A DNA stretch of 61,008 nucleotides, filler included, from Ionaspis alba (Eukaryota), in assembly GCA_964255285.1 (NCBI GenBank). It is 10 parts of 10 records of this genome, joined end to end, with 100 filler letters (N's around TTAATTAATTAA, not from the genome) between each part and the next. Parts side by side here need not be neighbours in the genome. Positions count along the whole stretch, not along the records: positions 12,292 to 18,322 come from CAXUUL010000959.1; positions 18,423 to 24,449 come from CAXUUL010000960.1; positions 24,550 to 30,573 come from CAXUUL010000961.1; 7 more parts are not named here. One strand, written 5' to 3'. The notes under the pieces are model-generated. The model had not been told where the DNA came from. It saw nothing but the letters and a program-made list of their open reading frames with translations, and did not search any database. Position 1 is the stretch's first letter, and every line of letters begins with the position of its first letter. Shown here piece after piece: positions 12,449-27,024 of the stretch. Both the position numbers and the translations under genes were made by a program.

Positions 12449-13492
12449 TCAATCCCAATCCAGCGCAGCAAGAACATCATACAGCACCCCCCTCCAAGCT
12501 TCATCATCGTGCTCTCCATCCAAATCCATCTCGTCGAGTGCAAGAATCCGTCTCTTAATTTCCCCCATCCTATCTCTCATCGCCTCCAAACCCCCAGGCA
12601 ACAGCATCCTCAACGACTCCTCCCCCAAATTCCCCACCACACAAACAAAAAGTGATTCCCATCTATTCTGACGACTAGCAGGGCTCATCCGAGCGTCCCA
12701 ATCCCTAAATCTCCCCAATCGGTAGAACTGCAAGACGTGCCAATGCCTCTTCCGAAAAGACTTGCTGTACCACCACATCTGCCTCTGATCCAACGCCTCG
12801 TCGGCCATCACACTCTCAAAGTCCTCTCGATCTAGATTTCTTCGATCCGGCACGCAGTATTCAACCCACGTCCTCATCGCTGCTCCCAAGGTGGGCATCA
12901 TTCCACCTGCTGTCCAGCCTGCCACAACCTGCTCAATCTCGTGGTGGAAGAGCTCACAGTATATCCAGTAGCTGAGGACGGCCTTGCTCGGGGTTTATGA
13001 CACAGTCGCTGCATGTCTTCTTCCGAGATACAGTCCGTCTTCCCGGCTTCCCTGGCTTCGAGCCTGTACCTTTCACGCTGGCAGTCGAAATCTACAACCT
13101 GTGTGAGCGGTGCGAGGAAAGTGGCTCTCTTGGCATGTAGAGCTCGAATGTCCTCGGGGCGGAGGCGTGTTACTTGCATTGCGAGAGTTAGAAGACTATC
13201 GGATCCTCCAAGCAGCGAGTCGTAGAGCAAGGTCCGATTGGAGTCGGATTGGATGGCCCCAGTCTGCTAGTTGACGCGTGGTGCCTGCGAGCAGTAGATA
13301 GGGATGTGGTGGGAGAACATTTTGGCCTTGGACTTCGGGGAGAACTGGAGGGAGAGAAGGGTTGCCGGACGCGGTTTGAGATATATCGTAGAAGGTGCGG
13401 TAGGTTCGGAGGAGGGAGAAGTGGTCTGCAAGTGAGTGGAGGTGATGGGGGATGACGGTGAGGATCTCGATGGCGAGATCAAGCAGCTGCAT
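12449..13492 (-). pseudogene. F-box-like protein gene disrupted by two frameshifts (pseudogene or homopolymer errors)
   Basis: F-box-like start MQLLDLAIEILTVI...SLADHFSLLRTYRTFY. Protein-like sequence continues across three ORFs with frame changes at 13257-13260 and 12990-12996 (PHPYLLLAGTTRQLADW / AIQSDSNR...; ...IYCELFHH...WVEYCVPD). No intron signals at the shifts. Confidence 0.65.
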
Positions 13493-14022
13493 TGTTTGAT
13501 TGATGCTCAAAGACAAGGAAATGTGTGTGCTTTTTGAGATGAGAAGAAACGTATCTAGCTTCCGATGTTGGTGAATGGCCCTGGGATTTGTGCTATTTGA
13601 CAGGAGCTTTCACAGATTTTTGGAAATCAAAACTAGTGGGTGTATTCAATCCGTTTCTCTAGAGCCTTACAAAATGCTCTGCCTTATACTAAGTGAAGGG
13701 TTGAGGACTGGAGGGTGAATTTTTCAGAACAACTTGCGAGTAATCGCAACCAGCGCGTGAATCCTGGCGGCTTGACGAGTCTTGACTGCGCCGCTGCCAC
13801 AGCGAGATTTACAGGTCGAAGAATTGTGCTAGAAATTGTGCTTAATCCTTTCAACCGCACGACTTACATGTGAGGAATCAAACAGGGAGTCTTTTCATAC
13901 CGCCTACTCGGATAATATAGCAAACAAGGTAGTAGGACCGTAGAACTCCCCGATTGTGCGAAATATATAGAAGGTATAGGCTGATCAAGCAGAGAGTAGT
14001 TGGCTTCGCCAATGAATTCCAA

Positions 14023-16117
14023 ATGCCGGGGCCATCTTCTGCGGATCCGATCATAAGCCGGCCCAGTGCCGAGCCAGATGAGGAGCAAATAGAAGCTTTA
14101 CAGGAGGAAGAAAATATGCTGGAGAAGAAGATTATACAGGAAAGGCTACGACAAAGCGTGCTCGCTAAGCGCGCTGCGCTGAAGACTTTGCAACGTCAAC
14201 GAACAAATTATTCCTTAGAATCAGAAACAACCCTATTAGACCACCAGCCCGGGGCAGTACATAGCTACGATGTCGTTGGCGAAGAAGACGAGGATCACAA
14301 TCAACCCGAACATTTCCTTCCAAATAAGGCAACTCCTCGTTATGGCATACCAAGCGGAAGTAGACCCAAGCTCCCTTTCACTGCCAATGGGCACGAGGAT
14401 ACCGACACACCAGCAGATAGACTGCAGCAATTAATTGATATTAGCAAAGGTATTTTAGCAGCGAGCCTGAGAAGGGAGAAGCATGATGTTCAAGACTTAG
14501 AACAAGCTCAGACTAAGCAGGACGAATGTGACGATGCCACAGGACAAGGTGGCGCGAAGTTGCGTGAAGAAGCCATATGGGCTAGAGTGAGGCCATGGAG
14601 ATACCAAAGGATTCCGGTGTGGACAGACGAAGAGATAGCAGCAAATTCAACGTGGATCGAGCAGGTGCTTGCAGACATTGAGACTAAACATCCCGGGCTT
14701 ATGGACGAGTGGGCAGATAATTGGAAGGACTTCTTCCCTTCACAGATGAAGGCCGAACATTCTATCTTATGGTTGCTCAAACGCTTAGCATTGCTTTGCT
14801 GTCCTTATCACTTATACCGACCACATGACGACCGAGATGCGTTAAGAGATGCTCTGCTTGGCTCTATGGCTTATATACGAGCAATCGGGTCCAATCTGGC
14901 CTTCAGACCAGAAGCTGATGCCGACTTCTTTGATAAATTTGGCAAGGTCATGGTCACAACAATTCTTGTGCGAAACAAATATCCGTGGAAGAATCCAGAC
15001 GGAGCTACGATCGGTGATGTCCTAGCTCAATGTTATCGTTATCGATTCCTTGAGCAGCCGTCTTGCGATGAGAAGGATCTTTATCTGAAGCAAGCTAAAC
15101 TTGTTGTTGAGAGCATCATTTCACTCAACGTTCTATATTCTGTCATGTCAATAGGCTTAGTCGGATGGGGTATCATGACTTCGGGTAGATCAATGGAGGA
15201 AACCTTGGGTCTACCCTTGAAAGATATTATTCAGCTCTATCGATTCGAGAAGGCGGAACCCCTCCTAGACTGCGCGAAGGGACCTCGATTCCGCACGGAT
15301 GATCTTCATATTCGACGATTGCGAAGCATTGGCCAACTCAGAATTGTGTGGACTTTGTGCCAGGAAGACCATCTGAGACTCAACGTCAAAGCCAAGACTT
15401 TGACTGTCTGCTGGTATCCTTCACCGCCCTGTCGGCAAGGCTCGGACTTATACGACTGGCACAAGTATGTCATTCGCCGCCTCAAAGCGGTCTCTTCCCT
15501 ACTGACTCACATCTAGGTATCTACATACCTACCGCATCTTGGGCGGCGGCAGAGATGGTCTAAGAGAGCTGTCGACTTTACTGGACCATGAACTCCAACT
15601 CAGCTGGGCTGTCCTCTTCACCAGCACCTCACCAAAAAGAGATCGAGAGGAGTACGGTGCGTTGGAACAGCCAGGCTGGTTCCACTCCAAGCAACTGATG
15701 AATTCTCAATCGTCTCTATCCGAGCGATCTAAGAAGCCCACAATGCGCGCATTGTTGAACGACACTGTCAAGTATCCAGAGATGATGCAGCATGTGAAAA
15801 CACTCCCTTCAGACGCACAGGATTCACCTGACGCGGCAAAGCACCATTCGTACCGTTACTCTGATTTCCCAATCTACGAAAAGAGGATACGGCAGCTCCG
15901 TGCCTATATGAATGCCCGAGAGCCGCGTGGACTTCGCGAGCTATGGCGAGATAACCGAGACAGTCTCAACTACTACACATTCTGGGGTGTAATCATCTTT
16001 GGCGCCTGTACTGTGTTTCTCGCGGTAATATCAGTTGCTATCTCATCTGCCCAGACAGTGGCGGCCTTCAAAGCTTTGAATACCTCCCCTTCGCCAGCTT
16101 CGAGCTCCGGCGGATGA
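14023..16117 (+). CDS. Uncharacterised fungal membrane protein (N-terminal coiled coil, C-terminal TM helix; possibly DUF247-like)
   Basis: Intron 15465-15516 (GTATGT..CTGAC..TAG) fuses two ORFs. Motifs LHIRRLRSIGQLRIVWT..EDHLRL and DFPIYEKRI..L..YM...PRGLRELWRDNRDSLNYYTFW followed by a TM helix. Confidence 0.8.
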
Positions 16118-16329
16118 CCGAGGCTGATATCTCCGCTGCGACGTGACAGAGACTATACCATGGTTTGTATGCCGAAACACCACAGGCATCAAGCTCAATC
16201 TATGATACTCAGTCATTCGAAAAATGCTGTCGAATCAAAATAGCCGATTGAGCATGATCTGCCAATATATTTGCCCATTACGATGTAAACACCATTGCCC
16301 TTCTTTGTGGCCATTCAGATACGCCAGTC

Positions 16330-18042
16330 TCATTCGGTGCGATCTTCCGCGGCTACAGCAAAGATCATCTCTGAGTCTGCCAAACTGAACGCCCATTCAC
16401 CCGATTCATAACCCTTTCTAGGTGTGATGTCGACTTCGAATTCCGTGTCCGGTTCCATGATGACAGCTGCAATGTTACCTTTCTCCGTTCCTGGTGGAGT
16501 CCAGCTGCCCTCGACCGGTGTCATATCATATCTCATGATGCACATGACCGTCACTGCCAGAATCTCGGTCATGGCAAAGTGACGACCGGGACATAGCGTT
16601 GTCCCGCCGCCGAATACTCGAAAAGCTGCGGCAGGCGGTTGCTTCCGTACGTCACTGTTCTGACTCGTGCTCTTTCCTTTCATGAAACGCTTGTGATTGA
16701 ACTCTCCGACGTCTGAGCCCCAGATTGAGGTGTCAGTGTGGACAAGAAGCGTGGGCATCAGAACAGTGTTGTCTTTCTTTAGAAGGTATTCATTGTTGAG
16801 AAGTGTGTCTTCCATGACCTGCCTCACTGACGTTCCCATCGCTTTGAGACGGAGGACTTCTTGACAAGTCGACAAGAGCAAAGGACAACTCGACTTGATG
16901 CTCGTGATATCTAAGTTCCGCACGACTACACCATGTTCATCAGTCTTCAAGGTCATGATGGTGGCGATTTCCTGCCTCAAGTCCTCCAAAACTTCTGAAT
17001 GTGCGAAGACGTAAAACAGAAGCCAGAAAGCTGCTGGGGCTGTATTGACTAGAATCGCCACGGCACCCCCGACCTCAAAGCGTGCAATGTCAGACAGAGG
17101 GATGCCGTTCTTGGTACTAGTATCATATCGGCCGCGAACAAGGATTGAGCCTGACTCATGACCTTTCCTCTGAAAGTATTCTTCGAACATCTTGCCGAGC
17201 ACAGCGCGGCCTGCACGACCTTTCCGCGCTGTGACTGAAGGCATAGCGTTCATCAAGAGCATAACGAGATCATCCGCAAAATCCCTGCATCACTGGGTCA
17301 GCTTTGAGCTTTGAGGTAGAGTTCATGTATTTGAGGTGCTTACCAGAATGCTTCTTCGGCTTTCGGATTCTGGAAAGGGTTCATTGGGCCGTAAACCGCG
17401 TTGGTGGTGGCCATGGTGATCTCATGGCGAAGCCACGCCACTAATCCTACCCTCGTGCTCTTCCCTTTCCCTGTACTCAATTTTTCGAGCGAAGCAGCAA
17501 CGTTTTGTATCATGATACGATTCATGCCGTCCAGACCCGCCCCGGGTGCTAAAGACGGTGCTAAAGACTTATGGAACTCCATTGAATATCCCCAGTCACC
17601 CTGCTCTCCGTTGACGTTGATCTTCAGGATGTCGTTGGCTTTACTGCTTGACGCACAGGCCGTCATAGCAAATTTAGCTTCAAGTGGTGGAAATGCGAGG
17701 ACTTTGTACTGCTTTTGAACAGAAGTCATCAGATCGAGTGAGTTAACCACATAGATCTTTGATCCAGGCATGCCCAGACTGTAGATTGGGAAGTTGGTCT
17801 GGTCTCTATAAAATCCGATCAACGGAATGAACTTGGTACAGGTAATAGATTGAGTTGACATACCTCAGCTGGACATAATACTTCATCTTCTTCCGCATCA
17901 ATTCGATTGCATGGCCAAGGAAGGGGATCTTGTGGGGTAGCAAGGGCGGCTCTTTGGCATCATGTTTGACGATCAAAAACCGTTCGACTAGGTAGTAGAT
18001 AATTGTGACCAAAGCCGATAGCAGCAGTAGGAGTACTCTCAT
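16330..18042 (-). CDS. Cytochrome P450 (CYP7/CYP8-like fungal clade), 3 exons
   Basis: N-terminal TM and EPPLLP; ExxR (QEVLR); heme motif FGGGTTLCPGRHFA; I-helix ILVNTAP; introns ~17863-17806 and ~17343-17286. Confidence 0.95.
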
Positions 18043-18422
18043 TATGTTCTCGTGGATCGAAGCTTATAGAACAATCGTGGAATACTAATTTGGGCAGTAA
18101 AAGATGAAAGCGATGTTGTAGGGACGGAGTGCTGAATGACTGATCCAGTTCTGGGGACAGTAAAATGAAGTCATGTGTCTCACAAGTCTTAAGATACTTC
18201 CAAGGTGAACACGAAAGATTTCAAATCTCTAGCAGCTAGATATGCACGCATACGGCCAACTGCAATCACACTGGAGCCAAGGACTAATGGGTGAGAATTC
18301 CTTGTTTACTTTGCCGCGCACANNNNNNNNNNNNNNNNNNNNNNNNNNNNNNNNNNNNNNNNNNNNTTAATTAATTAANNNNNNNNNNNNNNNNNNNNNN
18401 NNNNNNNNNNNNNNNNNNNNNN

Positions 18423-21400
18423 CTCCCCTCCACCGCCCTCGCCATCTCCGCACCCTCCCTGTCTCTCTCAGCACGGGCGCTCTGTCTCGCCGCCTCAACA
18501 ATACCCTGCCACCTCAACTGCAATCTCCCTTTCTCAATCGCCGTTTCCAGAGCCTGGGTTTCCTTTTCCAAGTCTGCGGCAAGAGCAGCCACAACGTTGT
18601 CAGCGGTGTTGGTGTAGCGGCCGGATTGACGGAGGGAGGAAGGAGTGGTGCCCGTGTTGAGGAGGGAGGTGGGAGGTTGAGGTGGGAGGACGGAGAGGAG
18701 ATCTGTCACAGAGGTAAGTGGATGGAAGACAAATGTAGGGTTGGAGCTGGGTGGGTGACTTACCATCCAAGTAGCCGGCTTTAAGCGTCTTGAAAAGCGC
18801 CGTGCTACCTGTTTCCTCCTCGACTTCTTGGTCATTTTTGTTCTCCGTACGGTTGAGAGATTCCCAATCGTCCTGGATCATGCACCGACGCCAGATATTC
18901 GTTGTATGGAGTTTCAGACGGTATTGATCGGTCTTTTCGAAGCCAGTAAGGTGGAGGAGCTTGAGAGCGAGGAAGAAGCGGGCGTTAGCGAAGGCGGAGT
19001 CGTCGGGGTGGGCATCCATGAGGGTGAGGGTGTCGATGAGTTCTTCGGCGTCGAGGACCTGGCGGGCGACTAATTTCTTGAAGTTGCGCTCGAGGATCTG
19101 TTTGAGGGCAAGCTTGCCTTTGATGAATGTGCTGCCAAAATTGTCTCTCAGCAGGACGACTTTTGCCATGTCGTCGATGGCGTTTGTGAGAGCTTTGCGG
19201 ACATGGTCGTAAAGGTTTTCTTGAATGCTGAGCATAGTTAATCGTCGATTAGCACGTCGAGACATCTTGGTCACCGTCTCTTGATCCAACTGATCCTTCT
19301 CTTTCGCAGCAAGCAGAGCCAGTTTGTGCATGCTGACTTCGATCTTCTTGCACCATAGATTGGTCTCTGCCTTCTGCGCAGTAAGAAGATTATCCGCAGC
19401 CATGCCATAGTTCCGTTCGGTATTGACTTCGTTGATCCAGCTCAACTTGGCACATTCCGGTTTGCTGCGAAGATACTGAGTCAGGAAGTTCTGGTAGCCT
19501 CCGACATTGTCCATCAGATCTGCGTAGTGACCGGTCGCTATATTCTTTGAATAGAGAGCATCCGCCCATTTAGCTCCGAATTTCGAGAAATACTTCTCCA
19601 TATAGCTTTGGTTCTGGTCCAATCTATACTCTTGCTCTTCCCTCTCTGTGTCGCTGATCTCAGGATCTTCGAAGCGGGCCTGAGCCCTTTGCGAACTAGA
19701 CTCCAACACATCGACAAGGGCTTCCATGTCCCGATATCTTTCGCCCAGCTTGATGCCTTCGTCCGGTAGTTCAAGGTCAACAGTACCGTTGATCATGGTC
19801 TTACGGATTTCATGGTACTGTGCGGTGAGAGCTTCACATTCTGCTTTGTTTTTGTCGTCGGTACGTGATCTCAGCCACCGAATTCTCTCCTCGCAAGCTT
19901 GACAGGCAAGATGGACAACCCGTGGATTATCCTTCGCAATTTTCGCAAGAACCTCCATATCGAGCCCGCCATTCTCGTCCGTTGGACTTTCCGCCGCATT
20001 CTCAAGTGCGATGTAACGAGAGAACTTGGCAAGCTCTATAGTTCCGTCCAATGCCTCCATGGTGGAGGTCCAAAATTGTGGCAATGGCTCGTAATCGCCT
20101 TGGTAAATACCGTCTTCTATCATGCCTTCACCGATGCCATAATGAGCTGCATTGGCTTCACGGAACGCAAAAGCCGCCTCCATCACAGATATCTGTATGT
20201 CTTCCGCCTGACTTGCCAGAGCAGCTTGACTTACAGGGTCTCCAATGCCTTCCTCTTTGAGCTCTTCGATAGCTTTATAGGCCCATGGAATGACAAGCTC
20301 AATTCTCCAGACATCGTGCATTAGATAATGACGCACAATATCGGTCTCACCACGGTCAGGTTGATTTTCGATCTTCTGCTTTTCGCTAATCATGTCCAAT
20401 AGTTCGACTAGCAGAATCTTTTGTTTAGGAACCTTGAAGTTGAGACCAGCATCGAAAGACTGCCAGAGAGCTCGTGCGGCCGCCATCTTCTCAGCACTCC
20501 AAAGAAGCTTCCATCTGGTCAACGGTTTGAGATTGAAGCGTTTTGCGTACTTGATCAGATCCGAAAGAGCGGTAGCTCTCAGCTTGAGTTGGTGCTCCAT
20601 GGCTGGAGTCAATGCGGGGATATATTGCGAAGTGGATGTCATGATAGAATCGTTGATCTCTAAAATCGCTTTCTCTGTTTCCTCATCATAGTGCTGTGTC
20701 TGTGTCGCTTGGGATCGAAACTCAAGAAGGTTGTCTGGCATAGAGCCAAAGAAAATTGCTTGCTCGATCTTAGATCTCCTTGTCACTGAGGTTCGATCTG
20801 CCGCTGATTCCCCCTCCTTGGGAGGGAGCACAGTCACCCTGGCAAGACCAAAGCCGTGTACAAGAAATACACAAGATGCTTTCGTACAGTCCCGATCTGG
20901 AAGTTCCACATTGCAGCCCACGATGTGATATCGATGTCTTCGATTCAGATAGAGAATATCCTGAAACGTGTCCGGTAATTGGTGGTTCTCGGTCTGGAGT
21001 TGAGAACTGGGGGATTGTTCAATCTTCGCAAGAGAGACCATCACCACAGTGTCTTCGAAGACCACGAAAGCAGTCTGAGCAGGCTCTGGGAGAAGGATCT
21101 GTGGCTTCAACTCCTTGTGACCACGTTGCTCAGGAACAGTAGGTGACGAGAACGATAGCGGATGGATGACCTCAATCTCGACGGACCTGCTGCGAAGTGT
21201 AAGATCTACCAAGTTGTACTTCGACCATACACCATCCTTGAACGAGGTCAGTACCAACAGTCTATGACCGTTAGGCTCGAGCGAGTCGCTATTGGGTTTC
21301 GGGAAGAAGACAAAGTCGAGAACGAAGAAATCGTTGATGTTCTCATCAGCCATATGCTGACCGGACTGCTGGATGAACCTAAAGATCTCCTTCCTGGTAT

Positions 21401-22615
21401 CAACTTCAGACAGCCACGTTTTAGCAGAGTGTCGTGCTAGGTTCCAGACGTTGAACAAGCCCTGTGTAGTCGCAATGATGCCAGTCCGATGGCTCTTTCC
21501 GTACATAGGACCAACCTGTACTGCTGCGATGTCTCTCCTCCAACTTGCGCTGCTAAAGACACTTTTGAAGTTGTCAAGGAATCCTCCATTCGCCCCAGCG
21601 TTATTGCGAAGAAACTGAACATTTATCACCGGTCTTCCCTGTGGATCTCGAACAGCAAGATGAGCCACTCTTCCAGTGCTGAAAGCCAGGAGAAAGCCGT
21701 CGGGCTCTGCTTCTGTTATGTTGGTGACAAATTCCCCAGAAAAGAGACCACCGACGGTGCCATGGAGGCCTTGTTGTTTCTGTCTTGTTTGCTCTGTGTT
21801 TGCGGCAGCTACGACACTTTCCCAATATATGATTTGTCCAGTCAGCGGTAGGACCACTAACAGTGCTATTTCTCCAGCGCCAGAGTCGTGGACCAATGTG
21901 CCAAGTGGTAGATCGTTCTGGCCATGACCAGTTGTCCTGCTCGAGGAAAAAGGAAGCTTGATGACGAGCGGCTTGAAGGTATTGCTTGGCGATATGTCCT
22001 GAGTATAGCGCCAGACGATAGCCCGAGTGTGGGTGAGAGCGACAGCATAACCAAGAGAGTTTGATATTCCGGCTTGCCATGGCTCTGTAAGATCGTCAGC
22101 AAGGCTCACCAGAATGGGCACAAGGGGGTTTGGCAGACCACTCACCACTTCTTAGAATATCGCTCAGAGCTTCAGGGATATTCGTATCTTGCATAACGAT
22201 GTAGTTGTCATTCTTGGTCTATGATCCAACCGTTAGACTAACAACCGTTGGAATCCTATGTTTAGCCTCCACGAACCTGTACAATGCCATCTTCGGTCTT
22301 CTTTCCTCTCTTTTCCCTTTCTCCTCTCTTACTCCCTCTATTCCGTATAGCCAAGCTCGTACCATCCCCGCTGACATCACGCTGCTTTCGACCCTCCCAA
22401 GCATGTCCACCCGAGACTGCGCTCCCATTCGCATGTTTTGCGGTGCCGTTTGGTTTCAGCTTGGGAGGCTCAAAAGTGTCTGGCTGGATGAATGAGCGCT
22501 TCCGTCTCTTTGCTGTCTGACGCACAGCGAGTGAATCATCTGAAGTGGTACGCTGTCTCCGGCGAGGATTGCGGAGGGATGTGGTGCCAGGTATTGTCGC
22601 ATCTGGGGAGAACAT
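18423..22615 (-). CDS. NUP133: Nucleoporin Nup133 (3' end truncated)
   Basis: N-terminus MFSPDA...SLRNPRRRQR; ~1180-aa main exon with a beta-propeller region then a helical domain (SKIEQAIFFG, LSWINEV, LIDTLTLM, IWRRCMIQDDW). Confidence 0.92.
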
Positions 22616-23347
22616 GCTGGTAATATGAGGGTGACGAAGAAGAACGGGAGTTATCTACCCTCGGCGATCCAATACGAGTCGTTTTCGAGCGGGTGAAGCA
22701 TTACCGGCAGAAAAGCGGATGAGTTGATGGTGTTGTTGCACCTAGAAATTTACAGATGCGCGCTAGACTACTGTAAATTTCGCGTATAGAGAGCTTCGCG
22801 TCGATCAGCAGATGAGATCTCTTCCTCCGCATGAAATGTCAAGAATGTCTGAAGAAAATTCAATCCTTCACTCTTCATACAATGCCCAGTCGAATTTAGG
22901 TAGTAGTGAGGTTTGGGATTTTTATGGCTACTTTCACGGGAGTCCCTTACATTGGGGCTCTGCATTAAAAATTGGCGGGGTGTCTAAGAATTGAATGTGC
23001 TTTGCAAAAGGTAGGATCCTTTCCACGGCCTTTACTGATGACATGAGAGGCCAACAACACTCAGTCCGTCGCTCAGGAGAACGGGCCGATATCTCTAAAC
23101 TAAAATACCAAAGTATAGAGCATCCTATCAAACAGGAAAGAATTGCATTCTCATAGTACACCCTATTTGATTGTAGCTAGAAAACAAGTCGTCTCGATCT
23201 CATCATCAAGTATATCATATCCTCGCTCGATGCACAGCAAACAGAGACAGAGAGATAATCGAACCATAGCCAATCAAACGGTCAGATGGAATGATCCAGC
23301 CAGCCAGTCCGGCCGGAGAGCATTCCATCGATAATGACCACGGTCAT

Positions 23348-23982
23348 CTAGACCTTCTTGGCATGTTCCTCCTCCTCGATGCTTCCACCACTGGTGCTCT
23401 CAGAACTATCCTCCTTCTCAAGGGTAAGATGATCCTCCTCCTCATCGGCGCCAGCAGCACCATGATACTCCTCCTCGAAAACCGGATCGGCTTCGACGGT
23501 TTCGAACTTGGTCTTAAAGTCGCCGATGTTGTTGCCGTTGGCGCTACTGTTAGAGCGACGGCGAGCATTGGCGAAGTTGTATCCATAATCCTGGGCTTCT
23601 TCACCGGGGTGGCCCCTTTGGGTGTGGACTATCAGCCTTGAGTCTGTTGAAGGATGCCAGATCTCATTGCGTACCAGTTGCTCTTCCCTCCACCTTCCTT
23701 CTTCACCTTCTTCGGATCGGCATCGACATGACCGGACTTTGCAAAGTAACGGGGGAGGTGTTCTTCTGCGGCGGCTGTGCCGTTGGCGAGACCGGCGTGG
23801 TCACGGTCATTGAGCTTGTGGGAGCGAGTCACTGTGATGGCTGGTGGTTAGTAAGATGTCGGCGGATTTGAGACTTAGTCTCGTTCAAGCTGCTTGAGGT
23901 ACTTGATATGTCCAAGGCGGAGGTACTCCCGACCCCACCATAGGAGCGCGGGTAAGCTCAAGGTAAGGAGATCGAACTTACT
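23348..23982 (-). CDS. STF2-like small hydrophilic protein (HABP4/PAI-RBP1-like motif)
   Basis: A|TG ACT.. gives MTRSHKLNDRDH...PRYFAKSGHVDADPKKVKKEGGGKSNW|GHPGEE...ARRRSNSS...FKTKFE..EADPVFEEEYHG. Introns 23981-23832 and ~23673-23616. Confidence 0.85.
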
Positions 23983-24559
23983 TCTAGTGTATTGACGATG
24001 ATACTACTTTGTTTCGTGGATTGTAGGAGAGATCAAGATGACAGTGATGATTGTGATTGAGATCTGGGATAATGAGAGAGGTCAGGATGGAGAGGCAACG
24101 AAGGTTCAAGAAACCAAACAAGGAGCTCCTTGAGTAAGCCTGGGAGTCAGGTGACAGAGGGTCCGCAACACAACAATGCCATTGGCCGACGCCTTCAGAA
24201 CAAGTGACGGCACAACTTACCGCGAGTATCTCAATTGATTGAGGAAAGTGATCTCTGCTGCCTGTTGCAACAACGATTGAACTGGTGGGGGAGATGAGAT
24301 CTAGACGTTGACTCCTGGTACGTCAGGGTCAAGACGACTCTGGATCGGTAGATGGGAGACGGAAGCGTGCCCTCACGCGACAGCTCCTTCGCCCGAGCTT
24401 GCCCCATAATACACGGCTAATGCGGGGTCTAGGATAGATTACAGCGCTANNNNNNNNNNNNNNNNNNNNNNNNNNNNNNNNNNNNNNNNNNNNTTAATTA
24501 ATTAANNNNNNNNNNNNNNNNNNNNNNNNNNNNNNNNNNNNNNNNNNNNCTTGCCATTA

Positions 24560-26002
<1,443 letters not shown>

Positions 26003-26311
26003 AGCTGAGCCTGTACTATAGCCGTGCAGGTGATATACTCCGCCCTTGGCGTACACAATGATACCACCGAAGTTGCTAGATGATGAACGGTTCCGGACTT
26101 TAGCCGCGGCTTTGGACGATTCTGGTCTTGTCCTAATTTGTACTAAAGCACGGGAGATCGCTCTCGCTTCTTCAACCAATCACTCTATTGCAATTTGCCA
26201 GAGGCGAAGGTGTCCTATCAAGTCCTAATAATGTACAGCAGTCAGTAACGAAGACCCGTCGAATTTATTGACTGTCCTTACTCCTCATTCTATTGCAATT
26301 AAGTTTCATCA

Positions 26312-26713
26312 ATGTCTTTGAACGACGTCTGGGAGGCAGCGGCAGCAAATCCATTCCAGCCTGCCGTGTCAAAAGATTGGCAGTTTTCAGTCGGCTTCAC
26401 ATTATTACTGACCGGTATGCTATCATTACTGTGAATGCTAGTCTGGACGAGGAGATTCTGATGATCTGTAGCCTTTGTCCTCACAGGTCTCTTTGGACTG
26501 AGTTGGTCACCATCATATTGATATTGAGCAAGATGACCTTCGCGGCTGACACTTTGGAAGATCGATCGGTCAAAAACATTCCGTTACTCGGAGTCCCAGC
26601 TTCATTGGCGTTTGGGTATTTCCGATCATATGAATCTGCTTACTCAACCCAGCTAATCTTACTGTAGCTTCGGAGCGGTCTATATGATCTGTGCTGTGGG
26701 CGTTTATGTTTGA
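26312..26713 (+). CDS. OST5: Oligosaccharyltransferase subunit OST5 (TMEM258 family), 4 exons
   Basis: Splices to MSLNDVWEAAAANPFQPAVSKDWQFSVGFTLLLT|AFVLTGLFGL|NRSVKNIPLLGVPASLAFG|FGAVYMICAVGVYV. Confidence 0.9.
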
Positions 26714-27024
26714 TCTCAAGGAATTATAGAATCACCCAGAGCCTAACAGATGTACACTACGCGAGAATAATACCGCTTAATAGTTTCTATTTGGCTGTCT
26801 TCATCATCAGAAGTGCGTTGGGGCAATTTTCGCCTCAGAAACCAATTTAGCTCATTCAATTCTCATCCTATCAGCTGCTCCCTACCTTACCAGCTCCATT
26901 TCGTATGTTGGCATATCTCCATCAACCCGAGATTTTCTTTCAGCAGAGTCTTCCGAGTGTTTCAAGGGGTCGCATTGAAAGGAAATTTTAAAACGATCCT
27001 AAGTCACTCATCAAAACCTTGCAG

